DNA of 64,000 nt from an uncultured Actinomycetota bacterium (GCA_963829525.1 CAWHIJ010000003.1:1216001-1280000); one strand, 5' to 3'. Counted from the stretch's first letter, positions 1 through 10,396 are shown. Made by a program: numbers and translations. The notes: a model not told the origin generated them from the sequence alone.

Positions 1-641
1 CCGAGGCGCTGACTTCGTTGCACACCGGCGCCCCCGTGATGGTCGGGGCGCCGGCGTCGACGACCCTGTCGGCGCTGTCTGATGCAGCGCAGATGCAGGA
101 TGCGGGGTACATCCCTGACGCCACGTACCCGGACACCGACCTCGGACGCGCTTTGCGAGACGTTGCTCGCGTCATCAAGTTCGACGTCGGTCTGCAGGTC
201 GCAGCTGTCGACTATGGCGACTGGGACATGCATACCGACATGGGAACGGTGGATTCCGGCTGGTTGGCCGACAAGCTCGGAGAGCTGGCGTCATCGATGG
301 CAGCGTTCGCCACCGATCTTGGCGCACGCTTTGCTGATGTCACCGTCGTCACGCTCACCGAGTTCGGTCGCAGCCTCGTCGAGAACGGGTCTGGCGGCGT
401 CGACCATGGCCATGGACAGGCGGTGCTGCTGCTTGGCGGCGGCGTTCAAGGCGGGAAGGTGCATGGAACCTGGCCAACGCTAGAGGAAGGCGCCTTGGCC
501 GGGGGAGACCTCGCGGGGACCACCGACTATCGGCAGATTCTCGCCGAAATCCTCGAGAAGAGGTGTCAGGGATCGCAGATGTCGTCGGTCTTTCCGGACC
601 TGACAGCGAACCGGCTGGGTGTGGTCAGAGCTCGGGGCTGA
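1..641 (+). CDS. DUF1501 family protein, C-terminal part (5' end outside window)
   Basis: Frame is open to the window edge; motifs WDMH, TEFGRSLVENGSGGVDHGHG and GDL..TTDYR are typical of DUF1501. Confidence 0.85.
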   Translation, partial: EALTSLHTGAPVMVGAPASTTLSALSDAAQMQDAGYIPDATYPDTDLGRALRDVARVIKFDVGLQVAAVDYGDWDMHTDMGTVDSGWLADKLGELASSMAAFATDLGARFADVTVVTLTEFGRSLVENGSGGVDHGHGQAVLLLGGGVQGGKVHGTWPTLEEGALAGGDLAGTTDYRQILAEILEKRCQGSQMSSVFPDLTANRLGVVRARG

Positions 642-668
642 CCACACCCAACCGGTCCACCAGCGAAC

Positions 669-2048
669 CTACGGGAGGGGTGCGAAGCGGATCCCACGGT
701 GGTACTCGCCGTTGAAGCGAACTCCGTCAGTCACAAACCAGACTCCGGCTTCGGTCGGCAGGACCTGATAGCCGCCTGATTGCTGCGGCATGTTCGGGTT
801 CCAATCGAGTGCCGCGCTCGGCACGGCATGCAGGTCGCCCGCGCGTGCGTAGCCCCCGGGGTTGGGGCTGATGGCGCCCCCGCCCAACCGGTCCTTGCCG
901 CCATCGTTCTTGAAGTCTCGGCCGTAGGGGTTCTCCAGCCAGCGGCTGTGACCTTGGACGTAGACGGCTGCACCGGTGACCGCCACGGACTTGATCGAGT
1001 CTCCGCCCGAATAGTTGATCCATGTCGGCTGCGTCGGGTTCAGGCTGCTGGTCTCGAAGCGGGCGACGGCATCGCAGATCTGATACCAACGACGGTTGCC
1101 CGCATCGTTGATGGGCAGGTCGTAGCCCTGGTACATGAACCCGAAGGCAGCAAGGGCGAACCATTGGCTGTTGGGCGCGAAGTCGACGTCCTGGATGTAG
1201 GAGATCGCGTTCCTGCGCGTGGAGGTACACGGCTCAGCAAGTGGCTCGTAGTTCCAGCTGGAAAGCGTTGCGCCGGCAGTAGTCAGGTCGAGCATGAAGA
1301 CCCGCGGCCGCGGCTGCCCCTGCACGTCGGTGAAGTTGCCAACGGCCACGAGGTGCTGGCCATCTGAGCTGATGTCGAACTTGAAGACCTGAGGACTGTC
1401 GCTGGGAGCGTTGTTCGCCCCCACGAGCTTGCCGGTGACCGTAAGCGAGGTGGGGATGTAGTTGGTGACACCGCCGGTGTTGGGGTTCACCGACATGAGT
1501 CGACGTGGGAAGGTGCCGGCGAGCACGAGGTTCCCATCCTGCGTCGCCATGTCGGTGACCCGCCCGCCCTTGAAGGGGGACTTGAAGCTCGAGTCGAGCG
1601 CACCGGTTGCAAGATCCAACTTGGCCACAGCAGCGCTAGCGACACCGTTGACCGTGGTGAAGTTGCCGCCGAGGTAGACCGAGGTGCCGTCGGAGAGCAC
1701 CGACCACACTTCACCGTTGACATTAGGGGCGAAGGTCTTGTTGATCACGCCGTCGGTGGCGCCGAAAGCGACCACGTTTGACCGGTCGAACTGCGTGGTG
1801 CCCGGGTTCTGTTCGACCCTGGAGAAGCGGCCGCCGACGACCATCTGGTTGCCTGCCTCGGCAATGGAGTACGCCACAGGCTTCGGCAGACCCGACACCT
1901 GGACGAGGTCCGGCGTCCAGTTGACCGGGTCGGTGCTGACGACAGTCGTATGTTCGAAATCGGACGCGTCCGCGATCCCGACGGCTGTCAGAACCAGCGC
2001 AAGCGATGCGGTCGCGCCCACGGACCTGATGATCAGCGAACTCTTCAT
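669..2048 (-). CDS. Secreted beta-propeller-like protein (type seen in actinobacterial PKD/DUF5122-like surface proteins)
   Basis: ATG at 2048 after GGGGGA; signal peptide ending ADA; repeated VYLGGNFTTVNG / VAVGNFTDVQG / VVGGRFSRV blades. Confidence 0.7.
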   Translation of the reverse strand: MKSSLIIRSVGATASLALVLTAVGIADASDFEHTTVVSTDPVNWTPDLVQVSGLPKPVAYSIAEAGNQMVVGGRFSRVEQNPGTTQFDRSNVVAFGATDGVINKTFAPNVNGEVWSVLSDGTSVYLGGNFTTVNGVASAAVAKLDLATGALDSSFKSPFKGGRVTDMATQDGNLVLAGTFPRRLMSVNPNTGGVTNYIPTSLTVTGKLVGANNAPSDSPQVFKFDISSDGQHLVAVGNFTDVQGQPRPRVFMLDLTTAGATLSSWNYEPLAEPCTSTRRNAISYIQDVDFAPNSQWFALAAFGFMYQGYDLPINDAGNRRWYQICDAVARFETSSLNPTQPTWINYSGGDSIKSVAVTGAAVYVQGHSRWLENPYGRDFKNDGGKDRLGGGAISPNPGGYARAGDLHAVPSAALDWNPNMPQQSGGYQVLPTEAGVWFVTDGVRFNGEYHRGIRFAPLP

Positions 2049-2261
2049 GCATTCCCCCATAGATTTGACTTGCCGCTCGACTGTTTGCCTTGGCGCGACA
2101 CAACTTCGACCCTGCGGGTCGAGGGTCGTGCATCCAGTCTTACCCACGAGCTGTCAAAAAAAACCCAGTTCACGCAAATCGCACCGCTCCGTCACGCTGC
2201 GTCACGACCACCGCTTGTAGGCATGTGAGCTGATTCATGGGCTGCGGTCTTCTGGCGTCAG

Positions 2262-2678
2262 TCAGAGCTCGGGGCTGACCACACCTGCCGGTTCTTCGAT
2301 GGTGTTCACCAGCGAGTGGGCGGCCATCAGCAGGTAGTTCCACAATTCGGCGTCAAGGTCGTCTGCCAGCTCGAGGGAGTCGACGGCCGTTCGCATGTGA
2401 AGGAGCCACTGGTCGCGAGCGAGGGCGTCCACCCGGTAGGGGGCGTGCCGCATGCGCAGCCGGGGGTGCCCGCGCTGATCGGAGTAGCTCGTGGGCCCAC
2501 CCCAGTACTGCTCAAGGAACATCCGTAGACGATCGGCAGCCGGCCCGAGGTCCTGCTCGGGATAGAGCGGTCGGAGCACTTCATCGTCTGCGACGCCCTC
2601 GTAGAAGACCGTGACAAGTCGGGTAAAGGCTGGACCGCCACCGATGCGATCAAAGAGTGTTTGCTGCGATGCGTCCAC
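2262..2678 (-). CDS. glbO: Group II truncated hemoglobin
   Basis: FYEGVADD..LRPLYP, FLEQYWGGP, YSDQRGHPRLRMRH motifs. Confidence 0.93.
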   Translation of the reverse strand: MDASQQTLFDRIGGGPAFTRLVTVFYEGVADDEVLRPLYPEQDLGPAADRLRMFLEQYWGGPTSYSDQRGHPRLRMRHAPYRVDALARDQWLLHMRTAVDSLELADDLDAELWNYLLMAAHSLVNTIEEPAGVVSPEL

Positions 2679-2727
2679 GTGGGTGATTCTTTCAGGTCCA
2701 CTCGAGCGCGAGCTACCGACCCACCAT

Positions 2728-3657
2728 TCACATTGCAGGACCCGCCTGAGCTGGATCCTCCGGTGGTGGCATGCCCTGGTAGGGCGTCGGCACTTCGGCG
2801 TTCTCGAGCGCCTTCATGGCGCGAACCCGGATCTCACGTGCGACGGAAACCTGTTGTTCGTGGACGGTGTGCAGGCGGATCCGCATGGTGACCGCGGTCG
2901 AAGTGATCGACTCAACACCGACGATTGGCTCGTCGGGCATGATTCGATTGGTCCACTCAGGGTCTCGCTGAAGCTGGGTGACCGTCCGGAGAAGTACCTC
3001 TTTGGCGTGATCGAGATCGGCTGCGTGGCCTACTGGCACGTCGACAACTGCGACTGACCAACCTTGGCTACGGTTTCCCAGCTCGGTGACCGAACCGTTT
3101 GTGACGTACCAGACCGTGCCGTCGAAGTCGCGCACGGTCGTAATCCGAAGCCCGACGTCTTCAACCTTTCCGGTGATCCCGTTGACCGTCACCACATCGC
3201 CGACGCCGTACTGGTTCTCGAGGATCATGAAGACGCCAGAGAGAAAGTCGCGGACGATCGTCTGAGCGCCAAATCCGATCGCGATACCAGCGATACCGGC
3301 ACTGGCCAGAAGGGGAGCGATGTTGACCCCGACCGCGTTCAAGGCAAAGAGGATCGCGACGGCGGCGATGACGAAGGTGCCAACCGAACTGAGCATCCCC
3401 GACACCGCGGTGGCGCGCGCCCGGTAACGCTCGATCGCCATATCCCGATCGCGTGGCGACTCTTTGTCACCGGTGAGGTAGCGCGTGACGGCTGACTGGG
3501 TGAACGTGGCGGTGGTTCGCCGGACGAATCGGTGCCAGATCCATCTGGCCACCAGGGCAAGCACCACGATGATGGCGACGGAGATGATCGATCCGTACCA
3601 CGTGTCGAAGAAGCGCTGCACCACTTCTATCGTGGTCTCGTCGATCGTGATTGGCAT
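2728..3657 (-). CDS. Small-conductance mechanosensitive channel (MscS family)
   Basis: LLASAGIAGIAIGFGAQ..VRDFLSG..ENQYGVGD..G.VE..GLR.T signature. Confidence 0.92.
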   Translation of the reverse strand: MPITIDETTIEVVQRFFDTWYGSIISVAIIVVLALVARWIWHRFVRRTTATFTQSAVTRYLTGDKESPRDRDMAIERYRARATAVSGMLSSVGTFVIAAVAILFALNAVGVNIAPLLASAGIAGIAIGFGAQTIVRDFLSGVFMILENQYGVGDVVTVNGITGKVEDVGLRITTVRDFDGTVWYVTNGSVTELGNRSQGWSVAVVDVPVGHAADLDHAKEVLLRTVTQLQRDPEWTNRIMPDEPIVGVESITSTAVTMRIRLHTVHEQQVSVAREIRVRAMKALENAEVPTPYQGMPPPEDPAQAGPAM

Positions 3658-3677
3658 GGTGTGAGAACGCTACTGCC

Positions 3678-5774
3678 TCATGCGTCCCAGTCGAGGCCGG
3701 TCTGGGCTGCGGCGAAGGCCAGCGTGTCCACTGAGAGCTCGACGGCGCGGGTGACGGCTCGGGCGCCGTGGCCGACGTCAGACTCGCGTCGCACGAGAAT
3801 GGGTCGGGTGCCGCTCGTTGCGTGCTGCAGCGCCGCAGCCATCTTGCGGCCGTGGAGCGGGTCTACCCGAGTGTCGCCATCGAAGATCGTGAACAGCGTT
3901 GCCGGGTAGTCCACCCCGTCGCTGACGTGGTGGTACGGCGAGTACGAGAGCAGCCAGCCGAGCTCGGTGGAGTCGGCTGCGGTGCCGTACTCGTCCGACC
4001 ACGTCGGGCCGAGGCCGTGCTGTTCGTAGCGGACCATGTCGAGCAGCGGAGCGGCGCAGATGACAGCGGCATACAGGTCTGGACGTTGGGTGAGGGCGGC
4101 CCCGACGAGCAGCCCGCCATTCGATCCCCCAGAGATGGTCAGCTGGTCGTTCGTGGTGACACCGTTGTTGATGAGCCACTCGGCAGCTGCGTGGAAGTCA
4201 TCGAAGACGTTCTGCTTGGTGTCGCGCATTCCGTCGCGGTGCCAGTCCTCACCCTCCTCGCCGCCACCCCGCAGGTTGGCAACGACATATACCCCACCGG
4301 CTTCCACCCAAGCGAGAACCGTCGCCGAGTAGGCGGGCGTCAGCGGAACGCCGAAGCCGCCGTAGCCGTTCAGGATGGTCGGTGCTGGACCAGGAGCTGT
4401 GTCCGACCTGCGAATGACGAACATACGGACATCGGTACCGTCCTTGGACTGGTACACGACCTGCTCTGACGTGGCCGGTGGAACCTCGACGGACCCGGGT
4501 GGTTTGGCCCAGAGTGTGGTGGCGTCAGTGCGCGCGTCGTAGTGGTAGACCGATGGTGGAGTGACATGGTCGGTGTAGCCGAACCACGCCTCGTGCCCAC
4601 CCTCTGGTCGGTCGGTGACTCCGGCCACGGTGCCCAGCCCTGGCATCGGGACCGATCCGGTCTCCGCGCCGGTCCGGAGGTCATGGCGGTGGATCCGTCC
4701 GACGGCGTGATGGCTTCTGACCACCAGCAGGACCGGGTCGGGTAGCGCGTCGCCGTCGAGGATCGACCACCCTTCCAGGACGGCTTCGGGGTCCTCTGGT
4801 ACCAGGTCACGCCATTCGTCGAGCGACCAGATGCCGGGTTCGGTGACGAGAATGCGACCGCGTGGTGAGCCAGCGTTGGTGTACGCGTAGATCAAGCCAT
4901 CGCGTCCGAAGTGCAGGGATGTCTGGGCGTCCACGCCTTCCTGGAGGGTGATGAGGTCGGGCTTGTCTGGCGATGAGGCTGAGATGTCGGCTACCCACAG
5001 GTCGTTGCGGGGCTCGGTGCCTGCGGAGGCAGCGATGGACAGCCAGCGGCCATCTCGGCTGACGCTCACGTCGTAGTAGTTGGTGGCATCGAGACCGTCT
5101 CCGAACACAAGTGTGTCGGTGTCTGCGTCAGTGCCAACGCGGTGCAGCCACACCCTCCGGTGGAACTGTTCCTCGCCGTCGGGAACCCGGTCGGCTGGTA
5201 GCCGACGGACGAAGTAGTAGGACTCGCCACCGGGCAGCCAAGCAACGGGGGAGTAGCGGGCCCGATCGATGGGGCCATCGACGGTTTCTCCGGTGGCGAC
5301 GTCCATGACGCGCAGGACCGATTCCTCGGTGCCACCCTCGGACAGCTGGTAGGCCAGCAGGTGGCCCTCCTTGGTCGGCTGCCAGGTGTCGAGCGTCGTG
5401 GTACCCGTGGAGTCGATCTCCATCGGGTCGAGCAGGGTCCGTTCGGTGCCGTCGGCCTCGATCACGATCAGAACCGCGTGCTCCTGGTCGGCGCTCCGGC
5501 GCATCAGGAACTGCCGGTCTCCGCGCCAGACGGGAGCTGTCACCACCCCGGCGCCCACGAGTTCGGAGACGCGACGTCGTACGTGCTCCTTGTCCGGCCA
5601 GGTGTCGCGAGCAGCAGCGAAGAGCGCGTCTTGCATCTTCGACCACGACTCCGTACGTGGGTCTGCGGCGTCCTCGAGCCAGCGATACGGGTCGGGGACG
5701 ACGTGGCCGTGCAGGGTGTCGATGAGGGGCAGGCGCTCGGCATCGGGATACACGAGGCGGGTGGTGTTGCGCAT
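3678..5774 (-). CDS. Prolyl oligopeptidase (S9A)
   Basis: DPYRWLED N-terminus, GGSNGG nucleophile, DTRVDP and GHG catalytic motifs; ATG at 5774 preferred over the longer ORF. Confidence 0.93.
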   Translation of the reverse strand: MRNTTRLVYPDAERLPLIDTLHGHVVPDPYRWLEDAADPRTESWSKMQDALFAAARDTWPDKEHVRRRVSELVGAGVVTAPVWRGDRQFLMRRSADQEHAVLIVIEADGTERTLLDPMEIDSTGTTTLDTWQPTKEGHLLAYQLSEGGTEESVLRVMDVATGETVDGPIDRARYSPVAWLPGGESYYFVRRLPADRVPDGEEQFHRRVWLHRVGTDADTDTLVFGDGLDATNYYDVSVSRDGRWLSIAASAGTEPRNDLWVADISASSPDKPDLITLQEGVDAQTSLHFGRDGLIYAYTNAGSPRGRILVTEPGIWSLDEWRDLVPEDPEAVLEGWSILDGDALPDPVLLVVRSHHAVGRIHRHDLRTGAETGSVPMPGLGTVAGVTDRPEGGHEAWFGYTDHVTPPSVYHYDARTDATTLWAKPPGSVEVPPATSEQVVYQSKDGTDVRMFVIRRSDTAPGPAPTILNGYGGFGVPLTPAYSATVLAWVEAGGVYVVANLRGGGEEGEDWHRDGMRDTKQNVFDDFHAAAEWLINNGVTTNDQLTISGGSNGGLLVGAALTQRPDLYAAVICAAPLLDMVRYEQHGLGPTWSDEYGTAADSTELGWLLSYSPYHHVSDGVDYPATLFTIFDGDTRVDPLHGRKMAAALQHATSGTRPILVRRESDVGHGARAVTRAVELSVDTLAFAAAQTGLDWDA

Positions 5775-5833
5775 ATCGCCCAGCCTAGGGGGCGGTGGAT
5801 CGGGCTCGACGGGGGTTATTGGTGGCACCGGGC

Positions 5834-5849
5834 CGTGACTCGCGTCACA
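5834..5849. promoter_or_regulatory. Candidate CRP/GlxR-type site
   Basis: CGTGA-ctcgcg-TCACA vs consensus TGTGA-N6-TCACA, in the divergent POP/HNH intergenic region. Confidence 0.45.
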
Positions 5850-5860
5850 CTGGTCCTGCC

Positions 5861-6418
5861 ATGTCTCGAGCGTTGGTGTTGAACGCCACATACGAGCCGC
5901 TCTGCGTCGTCGCTGACCGCCGAGCGCTTGTCCTTGTGCTGGCGCAGAAGGCTGATGCAGTGGAGCAGACCGATCGAGTGGCGCGAAGCGAGCACCGCAC
6001 AGAGCCACTGCCGTCGGTGGTTCGACTCATCCGTTACGTGCGGGTGCCGCGTCGGGCCGCTCTTCCGCTTACCCGGAGGGCCGTCTTCGCCCGCGATGGC
6101 GGGCGATGTGTCTACTGCGATCTTCCGGCGACGAGCCTGGATCATGTAGTCCCGCGCAGCCGCGGAGGGCTGCACGTCTGGGAGAACGTCGTCTCGGCCT
6201 GTCGCCGGTGTAACCACGTCAAGGCCGACCGCAGCATCTCCGACCTCGGCTGGCGGATGCGACACGCACCGTTTCAGCCCATGGGGCCAGCCTGGCGGAT
6301 CCTCGGCTCCGGTCGCGCCGACCCGGCGTGGGTTCCCTATCTGGTCGACCATGCGGGTGGTGGCAACGGCCATGCAGCGGGTCGGGCCGTGCTGGAGCAC
6401 CTGGCTCTGCCTGCCTAG
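5861..6418 (+). CDS. HNH endonuclease (Rv2469c-like)
   Basis: LVLNATYEPL start; RDGGRCVYC..DHVVPRSRGG.H.WENVV.AC..CN..K; synteny with glbO/pepN. Confidence 0.92.
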   Translation: MSRALVLNATYEPLCVVADRRALVLVLAQKADAVEQTDRVARSEHRTEPLPSVVRLIRYVRVPRRAALPLTRRAVFARDGGRCVYCDLPATSLDHVVPRSRGGLHVWENVVSACRRCNHVKADRSISDLGWRMRHAPFQPMGPAWRILGSGRADPAWVPYLVDHAGGGNGHAAGRAVLEHLALPA

Positions 6419-6474
6419 GCACTGATCAGGGGAGGGGTGGGCGCTCGGGCGGCGGGTTCGGTTACCGTGACGAC

Positions 6475-6696
6475 ATGTCCACTGTCGAGATCTTGGGCTG
6501 GTTCGTCCTCCTGCCCATCGCGCTCTATGTCCTGATCAGCCTGCTGGTGTACATCCCGTCGTGGGTTCGTGGCCCGAAGTACCGCCCGGGACTGTCGTGG
6601 TGGGCAGAGCCGGTGTGGATCGGCGGCTCCGATCTTGATGCGGCCGCGCTGGCCGAACCCGTTCGCGAAGGGGGTGGCTGCAGTGCCCGCTGGTGA
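6475..6696 (+). CDS. ctaJ: CtaJ-like small subunit of aa3 oxidase supercomplex
   Basis: 73 aa; one TM helix, YRPG..W..EPVW and GG.SARW end; overlaps the DUF5130 gene as in mycobacteria. Confidence 0.75.
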   Translation: MSTVEILGWFVLLPIALYVLISLLVYIPSWVRGPKYRPGLSWWAEPVWIGGSDLDAAALAEPVREGGGCSARW

Positions 6697-7078
6697 AGCC
6701 TTCTCAGCAGGTCAGGTCGACGCCATCGAGCGTGCCATCACCCACGCCTACACCGAGAGCGACCTCCGTTACTCGGTGTTCGTCGGGGCGCCCGATGGCG
6801 ACCTTCGGGAACAGGGGCGCCAGCTACTGGGCGCCCTTGGCGACGATGCCGATCGTTCGGTCGTCGTCGTCATTGACCCTGCGCACCGACGCCTCGAGAT
6901 CCTCACCGGTGCGACGGCTGCGCGCTATCTCGACGATCGCGCCACCGCGCTCGGTGCGATGTCCATGACGTCGTCGTTCGCAGCAGGTGACCTCGCCGGT
7001 GGCATCGTGGCCGGGCTGCACACCTTGAGCGAGCATGCGCGGCACCCGCGCACCCTGCACTCCGACCTTGCCGACTAG
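6683..7078 (+). CDS. DUF5130 / TPM-like protein (CtaI-like)
   Basis: VIDP..R.LEI.TG and M.SSFAAGDL.GG motifs; located between ctaJ and pepN. Confidence 0.8.
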   Translation: MPAGEAFSAGQVDAIERAITHAYTESDLRYSVFVGAPDGDLREQGRQLLGALGDDADRSVVVVIDPAHRRLEILTGATAARYLDDRATALGAMSMTSSFAAGDLAGGIVAGLHTLSEHARHPRTLHSDLAD

Positions 7079-9594
7079 GGAGTGGACTGCGCGCGCAGCG
7101 AACGGCGGATCCCGTCGGCTCCCTCGAGAAGCAGTCGGCGCAGGGCCGGCGGGGACTCATGGGTAGCCAGGTGGGCCTCGGTGCGGTCGATGATGTCCTG
7201 CTCGATCAGGAACGAGGGGTAGAGGCCGTTCACGAGTGTCTGCGCCGACTCGTTCGTCCTCGTCCGCCAGGCGTCCTCGATCATCGTGAAGTAGCGGTCG
7301 ACGAACACCCTGTTGAGCTCGGCGTGGTCAGGGATGTTGAGGCCAGCAACAGTCGCGTTCAGCAGTGCGTTGGGTAGGTCATCGGACTCGACGACGGCCC
7401 GCCAGGCCCTGTCCTTGGCCTCAACAGTCGGAAGCGCCGCCCGCGCCGCGGCCGCATGGCGCTCCCCGCTAGCGGTGCGGTCTCGCTCAAACTCAGCCTC
7501 GATGCCGTCGACGCCAACGCGTCCGGTGGCCACGAGCCGGTGCACCAGACTCCACCGCAGGTCGGCGTCGAGGGTGAGGCCCTCGAGGACAGGGCCATCG
7601 GTAAGCGTGTTGGTGACGGCATCCAGCTGACTCTCGGTACGCGCAATGCTGACAAAGGCACGGAAGAGAGCGAGCTGCCGGTCGCTCTGCGGCTCTGCGG
7701 CGGCAGACTGCTCTTGCAGGTGCTCGGCGAAGGCCGCCAACGCCTCTTCGCGTTCAGCAGTCGGAGTGAAGAGATACAGCGCTGAGACCGCCTGACGCAC
7801 CACGGCCTGCAGGACGCCGATGTCAGACTCATGGGGCAGGCCGCTGCGCACCAGGGCAACCCAGTCGCGCGCCGGCAGCTCGGCGTCTCGGGTCATGTCC
7901 CAGGCAGCCGTCCAGCAGAGCGCCCTGGCCAGACTGTCGGAGAGGTCGCCGATGTGGTCGACCAAAGTCCTCGCCGACCGCTGGTCGAGCCGGATCTTGG
8001 TGTAGGCCAGATCATCGTCGTTGATCAAGACGAGGTCGGGCTGGGCCATCCCGATCAGTTCGGGGACGGCTGTCCGCTCACCCACGACGTCCAGCTCGAC
8101 GCGGTGGGCGCGCGTCAGCCCACTGCCGTCGAGTTCGTAGAGGCCGACCGCGAGGCGGTGCGACCGGAGAGTCGGGTGCCCGTCCGGAGCGGTCTGGACG
8201 ACATCGAAAGCCGTAAACCGGCCCTCGGCATCGACCTCGAAGTCGACTCGCATGGTGTTGAGGCCGGCGGTCTCCAGCCACTCTTTCGCCCAGCTCGAGA
8301 GGTCGCGGGCGGACGTCTCCTCCAGCGCGGACAGCAGGTCACCCAGCACGGTGTTCCCCCAGGCGTGGCGCTCGAAGTATGAACGCACGCCGGCGTCGAA
8401 CGAATCACGTCCGACCCAGGCGACGAGCTGCTTGAGGACCGACGCCCCTTTCGCATAGGTGATTCCGTCGAAGTTGACCTCGACGTCCTCGATGTCAGTG
8501 ATGTCTGCCGAAATCGGGTGCGTGGAGGGCAGCTGGTCCTGGCGGTAGGCCCAGGTCTTCTCAAGGTTGGCGAACGTGGTCCATGCGTTGGTCCAGTGCG
8601 TAGCCTCGGACATGCAGATCACCGAGGCGTAGGTGGCGAACGACTCGTTCAGCCAGAGGTCGTCCCACCAGCGCATCGTTACGAGGTCGCCGAACCACAT
8701 GTGAGCGAGCTCGTGCAGGATCGTCTCGGCCCGCCGCTCGTAGGCGGCGTCGGTCACCTTCGAGCGGAAGACATAGTCTTCCAGAATCGTGACGGCGCCC
8801 GCGTTCTCCATTGCGCCAGCGTTGAACTCGGGGACGAAGAGCTGGTCATACTTCTCGAAGGGGTAGGGGCGCGCGAAGAGCTCCTCGAAGTAGTCGAAGC
8901 CGCGCTTGGTCACGTCGAAGATCGGCGCGGCATCGAGGTGCTCGGCAAGCGAACGGCGGCAGAAGAGGCCCATTGGGATTCCGCGGTGTTCATCGCGGAC
9001 CACGTGATACGGGCCCGCGACGAGTGCTGTGATGTACGTCGACATGCGCTGCGTGTCTGCGAAGGCCCAGCACGCCGTGCCGGCGGTGACGGCCTCCGGT
9101 GTTGGCGTCGGCGAGTTGGAGACGACCTCCCAGTCGTCTGGCGCAGTGATGGTGAAGGCGAATGCGGCCTTGAGGTCGGGTTGGTCGAAGCACGCGAACA
9201 TGCGACGCGCATCGATCACCTCGAACTGGGTGTAGAGATAGACGGCCTTGTCAACGGGGTCGATGAAGCGGTGCAGTCCCTCGCCGGTGTTCATGTAGGC
9301 GCAGTCGGCGACGACTCGAAGCTCGTTCGATACGTCGAGGTTGGTCAACTCGACGCGAACGCCATCGAAGGCGCTGACGTCGACATCGACACCGTTGAGG
9401 GTGATGGACGTGACGCGGGGAGCGATGAGGTCGACGAACGTTGCTCGGCCTTCCTCAGCGGTGAAGCGGATGGTTGTGTCTGAGCGAAACGTTTGGTCGC
9501 CGGTAGTCAGATCGAGGGCGACGTCGTAGCGATCGACGGCCAGGAGGCTGGCACGCTCGCGGGCTTCGTCACGCGTGAGGTTCTCGCCGGGCAC
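7075..9594 (-). CDS. pepN: Aminopeptidase N
   Basis: PGENLTRDEA start, GAMEN, HELAHMWFGDLVT..LNE. Confidence 0.96.
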   Translation of the reverse strand: MPGENLTRDEARERASLLAVDRYDVALDLTTGDQTFRSDTTIRFTAEEGRATFVDLIAPRVTSITLNGVDVDVSAFDGVRVELTNLDVSNELRVVADCAYMNTGEGLHRFIDPVDKAVYLYTQFEVIDARRMFACFDQPDLKAAFAFTITAPDDWEVVSNSPTPTPEAVTAGTACWAFADTQRMSTYITALVAGPYHVVRDEHRGIPMGLFCRRSLAEHLDAAPIFDVTKRGFDYFEELFARPYPFEKYDQLFVPEFNAGAMENAGAVTILEDYVFRSKVTDAAYERRAETILHELAHMWFGDLVTMRWWDDLWLNESFATYASVICMSEATHWTNAWTTFANLEKTWAYRQDQLPSTHPISADITDIEDVEVNFDGITYAKGASVLKQLVAWVGRDSFDAGVRSYFERHAWGNTVLGDLLSALEETSARDLSSWAKEWLETAGLNTMRVDFEVDAEGRFTAFDVVQTAPDGHPTLRSHRLAVGLYELDGSGLTRAHRVELDVVGERTAVPELIGMAQPDLVLINDDDLAYTKIRLDQRSARTLVDHIGDLSDSLARALCWTAAWDMTRDAELPARDWVALVRSGLPHESDIGVLQAVVRQAVSALYLFTPTAEREEALAAFAEHLQEQSAAAEPQSDRQLALFRAFVSIARTESQLDAVTNTLTDGPVLEGLTLDADLRWSLVHRLVATGRVGVDGIEAEFERDRTASGERHAAAARAALPTVEAKDRAWRAVVESDDLPNALLNATVAGLNIPDHAELNRVFVDRYFTMIEDAWRTRTNESAQTLVNGLYPSFLIEQDIIDRTEAHLATHESPPALRRLLLEGADGIRRSLRAQSTP

Positions 9595-9775
9595 TCGGCA
9601 CTCCTTCGCAGCAGGTGGGTCGGCGGCCAACGCTACGCCAGACCCCTGGTCGTCGAGGGCTCCCCGTCCGTTCGGGGTTGCCGCAGGGTGGGATGGGTCG
9701 CTCGTGCGCTAGCGTTCCTCGCGTTGTTCATCCCCACAGTCGCCCGTACCGTCGTGTGCTCCCCCTGGAGGCCCC

Positions 9776-10396
9776 GTGACCACCCTCAACCCCCCACTGG
9801 CGCGCCCCGGCACGCTGGCCGACCTGATCCCAGGGTCCGGAGCCGTCGCCATTGCCCGCGATGCTGGCCTGGTCATTGGTGGGGCGGCGCTCACCGGCCT
9901 CGCGGCCCAGATCTCTTTCACGATCCCGTCCATTTCGCCGGTTCCCTACACGTTGCAGACCTTCGCGGTTCTTCTCGTTGGGGCGTCATTCGGTGCCGCC
10001 CGCGGAGCCCTTTCGATGGCGCTGTATCTCGCGACCGGTTTGGCAGGCGTGCCGTGGTTCGCGGCCCAGGCATCTGGGTACGACGCAGCGAAGGCGACGA
10101 TGGGATACCTCGCTGGCTTCATCGTCGCCGCCGCGGTTGTCGGATACCTGTCCAGTCGCGGTAACGATCGCCGCTTCCTGAGCTCCACGGCTGAGATGTT
10201 CCTGGGGAGTTTGATCATCTATGTCGTCGGTGTGCCGGTTCTGATGAATACGCTGAATGTCGATCTGGCGACCGGCCTCGAATACGGCCTCTACCCATTC
10301 GTCATCACCGACACGCTCAAGGTGCTTGCTGCAGCCGGCCTGCTTCCGCTGGCATGGAAGATCGTCACTCGCGTCCGCGGCGACCAGCAGACCTGA
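9776..10396 (+). CDS. bioY: Biotin transporter BioY
   Basis: PVP.TLQTFAVLL.G, YL..G..G.PWFA, GYL.GF. Confidence 0.9.
   Translation: MTTLNPPLARPGTLADLIPGSGAVAIARDAGLVIGGAALTGLAAQISFTIPSISPVPYTLQTFAVLLVGASFGAARGALSMALYLATGLAGVPWFAAQASGYDAAKATMGYLAGFIVAAAVVGYLSSRGNDRRFLSSTAEMFLGSLIIYVVGVPVLMNTLNVDLATGLEYGLYPFVITDTLKVLAAAGLLPLAWKIVTRVRGDQQT

Noticed and set aside
2049-2160. c-di-GMP-I riboswitch (minus-strand GGCAAAC)
   Set aside because: No GNRA tetraloop/receptor or second conserved motif found
5861-6418. HNH gene as a mobile or defence nuclease
   Set aside because: It belongs to the conserved glbO-HNH-ctaJ-ctaI-pepN neighbourhood and shows no mobility signatures
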